Positions 26,522 to 34,464 of a stretch of 64,000 nucleotides of DNA are shown one piece after another. Position numbers and translations under genes: made by a program. The DNA is taken from positions 13,875 to 77,874 of the forward strand of contig JACRHD010000067.1 in NCBI GenBank assembly GCA_016234115.1. The letters are read 5' to 3'. Under the pieces are notes generated by a model. That model saw only the letters and a list, made by a program, of their open reading frames with translations. It ran no database searches and was not told where the DNA came from. The DNA comes from Nitrospirota bacterium (GTDB lineage Bacteria; Nitrospirota; Thermodesulfovibrionia; UBA6902). The first letter of the stretch is position 1; each line of letters begins with the position of its first letter.

Positions 26522-27217
26522 GTGCAAAATAACAAGAATGAATTTTTGAAAAAAATTCAGATATTCTCATCATTATCAGATAATGAAATTGATAGTATCA
26601 TAAGTAATTTGGTTGTCAAGAAATATAAGAAGAACGAAATAATTCTTTATGAAGAAGACACAAGTGAATTCATGTATATCATTCTATGGGGAAAAGTAAA
26701 AGTCGTTCGAATGACGGAAGATGGAAAAGAAATAATTCTGGCAGTCCATCAGTCCGGTGAATTTTTTGGTGAAATGTCCCTCATTGACGGCAAGACAACA
26801 CCAGCATCTGTAATATCCACGGAGGATTCTCTTGTCGCAGTTATTTCAAAAAAAGATTTTTATTCTATCTTGATGGTTCAAAATAAAGTAACGATAAGTT
26901 TGTTGAAAATTTTTTGTTCCAGACTGCGAAAGTGCTGGGACACCATACAATTATTAAATTTCAATAATGCTTCCCAAAGGGTAAAAATGTTATTCCTCAT
27001 GCTGTCTGATGAATACGGAAGAAAATCGCCGGAGGGGCTGACATTAAACATTAAACTGACTCATCAGGATATCGCTGAAATGACAGGTATGACCCGTGAA
27101 ACAGTCACAAGGATTTTAGATAAATGGCAAAAAAGCGGAGATATAACTGTACTTAAAGATAAGTTTATACGTCTTAGCCAGAATTTCCTGCAAAAAGATA
27201 TTTTGTTTAAATCTTAA
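26522..27217 (+). CDS. Crp/Fnr family transcriptional regulator
   Basis: GEFFGEMSL cNMP fold; LTHQDIAEMTGMTRETVTR HTH; no FNR-type Cys cluster. Confidence 0.93.
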   Translation: MQNNKNEFLKKIQIFSSLSDNEIDSIISNLVVKKYKKNEIILYEEDTSEFMYIILWGKVKVVRMTEDGKEIILAVHQSGEFFGEMSLIDGKTTPASVISTEDSLVAVISKKDFYSILMVQNKVTISLLKIFCSRLRKCWDTIQLLNFNNASQRVKMLFLMLSDEYGRKSPEGLTLNIKLTHQDIAEMTGMTRETVTRILDKWQKSGDITVLKDKFIRLSQNFLQKDILFKS

Positions 27218-27361
27218 CCTCCGGTCTCATTCTCTTCCTTTTTTCTTCCATTTAAGGTTGTACTTAGGACTGAATTAGCTTTACCTTTCCCACCGATTGC
27301 ATATTCGCCACAGAAACTCTATTTCCGGGAAGCCGCCATAAAACAGATTTATTTCCAGTTT

Positions 27362-27405
27362 CGTGACTCGGGTCACAGCGTCTCTCTTAATTTTTTTTCT
27401 ATTCT
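27362..27405 (+). promoter_or_regulatory. CRP box with class II promoter geometry
   Basis: CGTGA-ctcggg-TCACA (27362-27377); TATTCT -10 at 27400. Confidence 0.65.
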
Positions 27406-27437
27406 AAATCAAGAATGGACGCAATAAGGAGACATAT

Positions 27438-29816
27438 ATGATACCGGCGCCGTCATATAAGACATTTTTTATCGGATTAATATTTCTTGTCGTTATTCAT
27501 TCGGCTGCGATTGATCTTTCGGCATCTACAGTAACTATTTCGTGGGAGCCTCCCGTGACAAATTCGGATGGAAGTCCCCTGACGGACCTGGCAGGTTACA
27601 ATATCTATTATGGTACTGCCACCGGCAATTACAACAATTCCATAGATGTCGGAAACGTAACAACTTATCAGATCACCGGCCTAACATCGGGACTGACCTA
27701 TTATTTCGCCGCTAAAGCGTACGATACATCAGGGAATGAAAGTTTATATTCCAATGAAGTCGCCACGCTAATATCTGCTCTGCCCGCTGAAATATCAGTA
27801 GCCGATTCATCAGCGCCTTCAGGAGACCTTCAGATACCGTTTGGGAATGTAAAGGAAGGGGACTCATTAAATCATACAGTAACTTTAGGCAATACAGGCA
27901 ATGCAAATCTTGAGATTGGGAATGTAGCTGCTGCAAACACGCTTACAGCCCCGTTCAGCCTCGCAAACGATAATTGTTCAGGGCAAAGCATAGTCCCTTC
28001 AGGCAGTTGTACGTTTACAGTCAGATTTTCACCGGCGTCAGCCGGGACATTTACTGATACTTTTAATATCCCTTCCAATGATTCTGATGAGAACCCGGTA
28101 ACCGTAAGCGTAAGCGGGACAGGTTTATTAAACAATACGCCTAATGCCAACGCAGGCGGCCCCTATGCTGCAACAGAAGGCCAGGCAATAACGCTGGACG
28201 GTTCCGCATCAAGTGATTCGGACGGAAGCATTGTGCTTTACGAGTGGGATATTAACAGTGACGGGACATATGACTACACTTCTTCCACCTCGGCACGGAC
28301 CCATACTTATACTCAACAGGGCACATATACAGTAACACTCAGAGTAAAAGACGATTTTGGCAAAACGAAAACAGCTTCGGCAACGGCCATAATTGCCGAT
28401 ACTTCACCTTCAGCCGACTTCACTGCATCTCCTTCAAGCGGCACTACACCGTTAGACGTCACTTTTAACAACGGCTCCGCCGGCTATGACCAGCCCCTGA
28501 CTTATGTATGGGATTTTGACAACAACGGAACCGCCGATTCGACTGTTATAAACCCCTCATATACCTTTACCGGTCTGGGAACATATACAGTGAAACTTAC
28601 GGTTATGGATTCAGATGGAAGTACAAGAACATTGACAAGGACAAATTATATAACGGTAACTCCGTCCGCGTATCAATTGACAGTAAATGTGACAAACAGC
28701 GGAACAGTTACAAGTTCACTATTGGGGATCTCATGTCCCGGCGACTGCACAGAACAATACTCATCCGGAACAGTTATAACTCTCACTGCTGTCCCTCAGC
28801 CGGGAGAAGTGTTTGGAGGTTGGACAGGATGCAGTAACTCAACCGGCAACCAATGTACTCTAACAATGAACACCAATACTTCCGTCGCCGCGGCATTCAC
28901 TGCGAGTGCTCAAAGCCTGAGTTGTACTGATGGGGGGAGTATAAGGTGTCTCGAAAGAACCGACGGCGGCAGTGACAGAGACAATCTTGTCAGTAATAAA
29001 CCGAAGTCAGATCTGGAGTACAGGTTCCGGATAGTCCTGAAAGATCCGTCAGGCCAGGCTCCTCAGAATATTAACCTCTATATGACGCAAAGAAGTGATC
29101 CGCAGGCCTGGGAATTATATTCCTACGATATGAGCTGCAGCGGTGATTACAGCGTTGGGGCGCTATGCACATATGTAACGAAACTTGGGCCTGCTGCAGT
29201 GCATACTTTCTACTTCGAGGCGATGATGGCTGACGGGACCATTTTGAGATACCCCGACTCAGGGTATATCTCAGGGCCTGAAATCCGTCTGCTTCCAGGT
29301 TATAACCTCGTAGGAATTCCAAGAGACTCCGGCAACGGCAGTCTGACAAGTGCCACAGCATTCGGGGGGGCTGCTGCGTACAAATGGGATGCGGATTCAG
29401 GGCGTTATGTCAAGCTATCAGCTTCAGAACCTGTTTTGGAAGGTACTGGATATTATGTATCAAAACAGACCAACACCTTGCTGGAACTCAAGGAGTTTGG
29501 AGAGATAACCGATATACAATTTACTTACAAACTAAAAGCCGGATGGAATATTATAAGCAACCCATACTCCGGCAACGTGGCTTTAGCAGATATATTGGTC
29601 CGGAAAGGAAACAATGCTCCGGTAACGTGGACTGAAGCAACCGCAAATGGCTGGCTTACAAACGCTATTTATTACAATTCCAGTAAAGACTGGGGGGATA
29701 ACTATATCATTGAAACTGCCCCTGCCGCAAAGATCATTCCATGGCTGGGTTATTGGATCTACGTTGATAAGGCAGATGACACGTACTACCTTGTAATACA
29801 GAAATCTGGCATGTAA
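27438..29816 (+). CDS. Secreted multidomain surface protein: FN3, Ig-like (choice-of-anchor D), 2x PKD, InlB B-repeat-like, unknown C-terminal domains
   Basis: Signal peptide; SWEPP..YYFAAKAYD (FN3); SCTFTVRFSP; YEWD/YVWDFD..GTYTV (PKD); VFGGWTGC; LxxG(Y/W)N repeats. Confidence 0.85.
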   Translation: MIPAPSYKTFFIGLIFLVVIHSAAIDLSASTVTISWEPPVTNSDGSPLTDLAGYNIYYGTATGNYNNSIDVGNVTTYQITGLTSGLTYYFAAKAYDTSGNESLYSNEVATLISALPAEISVADSSAPSGDLQIPFGNVKEGDSLNHTVTLGNTGNANLEIGNVAAANTLTAPFSLANDNCSGQSIVPSGSCTFTVRFSPASAGTFTDTFNIPSNDSDENPVTVSVSGTGLLNNTPNANAGGPYAATEGQAITLDGSASSDSDGSIVLYEWDINSDGTYDYTSSTSARTHTYTQQGTYTVTLRVKDDFGKTKTASATAIIADTSPSADFTASPSSGTTPLDVTFNNGSAGYDQPLTYVWDFDNNGTADSTVINPSYTFTGLGTYTVKLTVMDSDGSTRTLTRTNYITVTPSAYQLTVNVTNSGTVTSSLLGISCPGDCTEQYSSGTVITLTAVPQPGEVFGGWTGCSNSTGNQCTLTMNTNTSVAAAFTASAQSLSCTDGGSIRCLERTDGGSDRDNLVSNKPKSDLEYRFRIVLKDPSGQAPQNINLYMTQRSDPQAWELYSYDMSCSGDYSVGALCTYVTKLGPAAVHTFYFEAMMADGTILRYPDSGYISGPEIRLLPGYNLVGIPRDSGNGSLTSATAFGGAAAYKWDADSGRYVKLSASEPVLEGTGYYVSKQTNTLLELKEFGEITDIQFTYKLKAGWNIISNPYSGNVALADILVRKGNNAPVTWTEATANGWLTNAIYYNSSKDWGDNYIIETAPAAKIIPWLGYWIYVDKADDTYYLVIQKSGM

Positions 29817-29951
29817 GTGAGGAAATGTACATGGAAAAAAGAAAGCTGACGATATCCGAAGTCACTCAGTTGGACTGAACTTCACGATGCGTGATATTTC
29901 ATATGGAAAAGCCGGTAGCAAAAGAATCACTATCCAAACGGGGACGTCATA

Positions 29952-30923
29952 ATGCCTCATAAAATAATTTTCTTTTTTATAATATGTTGTATAATCGTGA
30001 GCATTTCAGCGGCAGTAACAGCCCAACCCCCTCCCCCTGAAGCCATAATGACAGTAACCGATTCCGCTGCTCCGGCAGACGATTCCCAAATACCGTTCAG
30101 AAGTGTTACGGTAGGCGAAATATCAAACCGCATAATAACGATTTTTAATGCAGGAGACGCCAGCCTTGTAATAGAAAATATCGACGGACTTGCAGCCCCG
30201 TTCAGGATCGTCAATGATAATTGTTCAAAGCAAAGTATAGATCCGTCAAACAGTTGTACTTTATCTGTTCGTTTTTCACCGACGGCAGAAGGAGCAATCA
30301 CCGATGCCTTCGCTATACCATCTAATGATTCTGATGAGAGTCTTCAGACGATATCCGTCAGCGGGACCGGACTTGCGGCATCCTCCAATAATCCGCCTTC
30401 TGCTCCACGACAAATTTCCCCTTCAGACAATCAAACCGGCCTGGGATCAACCGTAGAGTTCAGTTGGGAGAAATCCACTGACTCTGACGGGGAAGCTGTG
30501 ACATATGACTTATATATCTGCACGGACGATAATTTCACATTGGGTTGTATTTCCGGAGGAGAGAATATCGCCTTTTCTGGGCTTAATAAGAGCGTCTATT
30601 ATGCAGGCATGGGGGGGTATGGAGCAAGTTTACTTTTATCCGGATTAGCCGCGGCATATGTGGGCGGAAGAGTTAGAAGAAGAAACCTTCCTCTTCTGGT
30701 AGCAGTAACAGGGATTATGGTCTTGATATTTGCCTCTTGCGGCGGCGGCGGGGGCGGGGGAAGCGCTGATACTACACCGTCAGATAACACAGACCCAATC
30801 AATGAAGCCACGTACACATCATCCGGGCTTTCCGAAGCAACAACTTATTATTGGAAAATTGTTGCAAGAGACGCCATGGGAGAAGAAACAAGCAGCCGTG
30901 TTCTGAACTTTAGTACACAATAG
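29952..30923 (+). CDS. Secreted Ig-like + FN3 protein whose FN3 is interrupted by a TM hairpin and internal lipobox
   Basis: Signal peptide; Ig domain; FN3 N-half (VEFSW, VTYDLY); TM-RVRRR-TM-FASC-G7; FN3 C-half (GLSEATTYYWKIVARD). Confidence 0.8.
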   Translation: MPHKIIFFFIICCIIVSISAAVTAQPPPPEAIMTVTDSAAPADDSQIPFRSVTVGEISNRIITIFNAGDASLVIENIDGLAAPFRIVNDNCSKQSIDPSNSCTLSVRFSPTAEGAITDAFAIPSNDSDESLQTISVSGTGLAASSNNPPSAPRQISPSDNQTGLGSTVEFSWEKSTDSDGEAVTYDLYICTDDNFTLGCISGGENIAFSGLNKSVYYAGMGGYGASLLLSGLAAAYVGGRVRRRNLPLLVAVTGIMVLIFASCGGGGGGGSADTTPSDNTDPINEATYTSSGLSEATTYYWKIVARDAMGEETSSRVLNFSTQ

Positions 30924-30945
30924 AAATAGACCAGCTTCGAGTAAA

Positions 30946-30971
30946 ATCATGTATGAAAATCCATACATGAT
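30946..30971. promoter_or_regulatory. Perfect inverted repeat (terminator stem or activator site)
   Basis: ATCATGTATG-N6-CATACATGAT, ~70 bp upstream of a sigma54 motif. Confidence 0.4.
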
Positions 30972-31039
30972 AAGTCAATAACACTCCTCACAACTTACAA
31001 GTCACGTCTTAACTACCTGTTAATTTTGGATTTCTTGCG

Positions 31040-31055
31040 CGGCATATTTATTGCT
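31040..31055 (+). promoter_or_regulatory. Sigma54 -24/-12 promoter
   Basis: CGGCATATTTATTGCT (GG-N10-GC). Confidence 0.65.
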
Positions 31056-31150
31056 TATGCCTCTTCTTGATTGAAGTAATCTAAAAGAAAAGATTATCAT
31101 TGCGCTGAACCGGAGAACGAAAAGGAATATTAATTATCTTGGAGGTAGTT

Positions 31151-31582
31151 ATGACAATATGGAAAAACATATTACTTGTCTTTCCCTCTTATATGCTGCT
31201 GATTATTCTTGCAGCATGCGGAGGTGGCGGTGGGGAAGGTATTTCTTCCGGGAGCGTCAGCAACGAAAATCCAGTGCCTGCCGTCGATGACGATTATACT
31301 AATAATTCGGACAGTCCCCCTCTTCCTAATGGCTCCTTAACACTAACATGGGATGCGCCGACTACTAACAGTGACGGCACTCCCCTATCTGACCTTGCCG
31401 GATATAAGATATATTTCGGAACTTCATCCTATAATTATTCATCAGCCATAGATGCAGGAAATGTAACTGCTTATAATATTGAAAATTTACCCTCCGGTAC
31501 ATACTATTTTGTCATAGTCGCATATGATACATCCGGTAATGAAAGCACCTTTTCAAATGAGATAAGCACAGCTTTCAACTGA
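31151..31582 (+). CDS. FN3 domain lipoprotein
   Basis: LAAC-GGGGG lipobox; LTWDAP..YYFVIVAYD; GGAGG RBS before ATG 31151. Confidence 0.85.
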   Translation: MTIWKNILLVFPSYMLLIILAACGGGGGEGISSGSVSNENPVPAVDDDYTNNSDSPPLPNGSLTLTWDAPTTNSDGTPLSDLAGYKIYFGTSSYNYSSAIDAGNVTAYNIENLPSGTYYFVIVAYDTSGNESTFSNEISTAFN

Positions 31583-31664
31583 TTTGCTTTGAGTGTTAAT
31601 TGCATTCCTGCCAGGCCCTGAATGAGGAAACAGGAGGGAATTGCTCATGATGAAGCATAACCAA

Positions 31665-31704
31665 CAAAAAAGGCTTTTGCATAGCCACTGCAAAAGCCTT
31701 TTTG
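31665..31704. terminator. Bidirectional intrinsic terminator
   Basis: AAAAAAGGCTTTTGCA-loop-TGCAAAAGCCTTTTT between convergent genes. Confidence 0.85.
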
Positions 31705-31733
31705 AATTAAATTGATTATGATATCGCGACTTC

Positions 31734-32399
31734 TTAATATTTCTTCATGCGTCTTGCGTAAAAAGCAACTCCAACCAGTCCCGAACCGAGGAGTACAAGT
31801 GTGCCCGGTTCAGGGACTGCTGTTGAACCACCGCTTATATCCGGAACATTAAACGGTCCGATAGAGCCGATGCCGGGGCCCTGCAATATATACTTCTGCG
31901 ACCATGACGTATTTGCCCCCTGAGCCTCATCCCACTCCCAGTCACCACTTTCTCCAGCCAGGGAGGCGCTACCGTAATAGTACATGCTTGATGATAGCAG
32001 TTTGAAATTAACGTCTATAATAATGGGATCATTTGTAGAATTAATCAATGTGCTGCCCCCGCTTACTTCCCATCTTATCGTACCATCCGATGTAGTTTCA
32101 TTGAAGATAGCTGTTGACCATCCGCTGGATGGATTGACTATAGTAAAGTCAGATGCATCCAATACACTCAGATCAAATATATCTCCTTCGAATGCAAGTG
32201 CCAGAAGGTTGACATCGATCCCATCCGTCAGAATATCGAATGTATATCTCGCAGTGCCTTCCAAGGTTGTGGGATTCCATGTCCCCTGGAAATCAGGATT
32301 GACCCATCCCAATGAATTAAACGGCACAGCATGTCCTTTACCCGGCAGTACAAGAAATAGGCAAACCAGCATGACTGAAAATACTTTTGCGAATTTCAT
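31734..32399 (-). CDS. PEP-CTERM sorting domain protein
   Basis: Signal peptide ending GHA; C-terminal VPEPGTLVLLGSGLVGVAFYARRMKKY. Confidence 0.95.
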   Translation of the reverse strand: MKFAKVFSVMLVCLFLVLPGKGHAVPFNSLGWVNPDFQGTWNPTTLEGTARYTFDILTDGIDVNLLALAFEGDIFDLSVLDASDFTIVNPSSGWSTAIFNETTSDGTIRWEVSGGSTLINSTNDPIIIDVNFKLLSSSMYYYGSASLAGESGDWEWDEAQGANTSWSQKYILQGPGIGSIGPFNVPDISGGSTAVPEPGTLVLLGSGLVGVAFYARRMKKY

Positions 32400-32471
32400 C
32401 TTTAATCTCCTTTAGTTATATTTTAATCTGAATTGACGCTTAGTTATTTCAGGAATATATTATAGCAATAT

Positions 32472-32592
32472 TGCAATATCTATGCCTATTCCCTATCGGG
32501 CACCTTAACATATTGATTAAATATAATATTAATGCAAATTCGTCATTATGAAAATTAATACAGATTATCTGATTATGTAAACCATACCGACA
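32472..32592 (-). promoter_or_regulatory. Sigma54 promoter, IHF site and enhancer-like site for the PEP-CTERM gene
   Basis: AGGCATAGATATTGCA (32487-32472); AATCAATATGTTA matching WATCAANNNNTTR (32518-32506); TGTAAACCATACCGACA (32576-32592). Confidence 0.7.
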
Positions 32593-32752
32593 TATATTAA
32601 CATGAAAGGAATGAATAGCAAGAAGCTGCGATCAGCCAATATTGAATAACCACTTAATTATACGAGGTTTTTTTAATATTGAAATACATCTCTTCAGAGA
32701 TGTAAAGATTAGAAACTCAAGTAAGAAAATCCGACACTTTTTAGCTAAGACT

Positions 32753-33379
32753 TCATTCCGGCAGGTATTCTTTGAGAAGCGGGAGAAGGTCATTCATGGC
32801 ATCTTCAATTATATATACGGCGTCTTCTGTGTTTTTATTGACTGGAGACGAGAATCTTATAAACGCGGCGTCATTTCTACCATACCTCAACGAATTCAAT
32901 ATCATATGTAATTTCAAGACATAGTCGTTGGTAATAAATGCATCTTTCATTTTATACCAGTAAATAAACACTTCCCTCTCCGTACCTTTCTGGTAAATGG
33001 CCTCGGTAAAATCTATTTTACCTATGCCCTCAATATTAAGACTCCTTGTTTTTTCAGAAAGCCTGAACCACCCCCCACCGGGCAAACAATGTTTCGGCGA
33101 ATGAATCTGCGCGCCTTCCTTCTGAGCAGCATAATACCCTATGTAAAGGTTTATTATATTATCTCCTTTTTTATATTCTCTCGACGTGTACTCGCTCACT
33201 CTAAGCTTATCAAGCACCGCCTCGTCAAAATAATATGTCTTCCCTGTCCAGCCCTTCCACTGAAGCGGAAATTCGCCAAATGGTTTCTTCAAGGGAACTA
33301 CTTCATGGAACGGGAATACCTTTATATACAGGGCAAATATAAGAACCACGGCCGATACAATGAGTAATCTTTTGTTCAT
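32753..33379 (-). CDS. epsI: EpsI family exosortase-associated protein
   Basis: FPLQWKGWTG, LYIGYY, IHSPKHCLPGGGW, YWY; overlaps the exosortase stop. Confidence 0.92.
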   Translation of the reverse strand: MNKRLLIVSAVVLIFALYIKVFPFHEVVPLKKPFGEFPLQWKGWTGKTYYFDEAVLDKLRVSEYTSREYKKGDNIINLYIGYYAAQKEGAQIHSPKHCLPGGGWFRLSEKTRSLNIEGIGKIDFTEAIYQKGTEREVFIYWYKMKDAFITNDYVLKLHMILNSLRYGRNDAAFIRFSSPVNKNTEDAVYIIEDAMNDLLPLLKEYLPE

Positions 33380-34215
33380 AAGCTATTTTTTTTTATTTTC
33401 CCTAAGGCAATTGCCGATAGAATCAGCAAAATGATCGCGACTCCGAATATCAGGAGACCGGCGAATTCATGAAAAAATCCTTCTGCAACTGCCGCGCCGT
33501 ATTCATCGGCAAGAATACCAGTGCCTATGACCCTGACCGCGTTTACAAACACGGCGATAGGGACCGCGAGAAATATAAGTATCGATTTTTTTATCCATCC
33601 CTGCTGGGTCAAATATGCAATCGCAGTCGACAGGGCGACTAATGAAATAATAGACCTTATCCCGCTGCAAGCATCAGCAACCTCAAGCGTCGTGCCCGCA
33701 AGATGGATAATATTGCCTTCCCGCAAAACAAGGATGCCGATCAAGGACAGAAATTCTACCGAGAACCTTGATACAAGGAGTTTCAAGGGAAATGCGACGG
33801 AGTCATAAAGCAGATAGGGAAGCGGAATCATGAATATTAGATAAAAGAATGGGAAAGAGACGGCCTTAAAGAAGCTTAGGCCCGACGAAAATATCACCGC
33901 GCCTGCAAGCACAATAAGCATCGAAAGTCTCATCGTAAATGATTCCCCTGACAGGTTGCCTATCAGATAGATTCCAAGACCTGAGAACAATATGAAAAGA
34001 CCCCAATTCGATGGATTTATAACAACCGTTCTTATATTGTCTTTTCTCTGCCAAAGCAAGTAACCGGATATTAAAGGTATCAGAAAACCGTGGGAGTAAT
34101 TCTCGTCATTGTACCAGTCCATTACCACACTGTAAGCATCCTTCCAGTACAAAAAACCGAATGAGAATATAAAAACTATTACAGGTGTAATATAGATGCC
34201 CTTATATCTTTTCAT
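33376..34215 (-). CDS. epsH: Exosortase (EpsH family)
   Basis: YSHGFLIP, EVADACSGIRS (catalytic Cys), NAVRV (Arg), FFHEFAG (His); ~8 TM. Confidence 0.94.
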   Translation of the reverse strand: MKRYKGIYITPVIVFIFSFGFLYWKDAYSVVMDWYNDENYSHGFLIPLISGYLLWQRKDNIRTVVINPSNWGLFILFSGLGIYLIGNLSGESFTMRLSMLIVLAGAVIFSSGLSFFKAVSFPFFYLIFMIPLPYLLYDSVAFPLKLLVSRFSVEFLSLIGILVLREGNIIHLAGTTLEVADACSGIRSIISLVALSTAIAYLTQQGWIKKSILIFLAVPIAVFVNAVRVIGTGILADEYGAAVAEGFFHEFAGLLIFGVAIILLILSAIALGKIKKNSL

Positions 34216-34464
34216 AAAGAAGACCCATAACAGTCAGGCAATAATTAATTTCTTCGTTTTCTTTCATGATGCGATTATTATCATAATTATCGGCAATAAA
34301 CATATATGAGTAAAATAGTCAAAGAAGAAATCACTTGATAACAGGAGTAGAAGTCTTCAGGAAAATGTATTTCAACTCTATTCTTAAGTCTTTCTGGGAT
34401 AGCGGTTCAAGGGTCTCTCCCTCGCCAAATATCTGATGCAGCGCAAGTCATATTTGCCGGACTT

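Noticed and set aside
34287-34313. GCCGATAA upstream of the exosortase as a sigma28 promoter
   Set aside because: The -10 is perfect but there is no TAAAG-like -35 at the right spacing.
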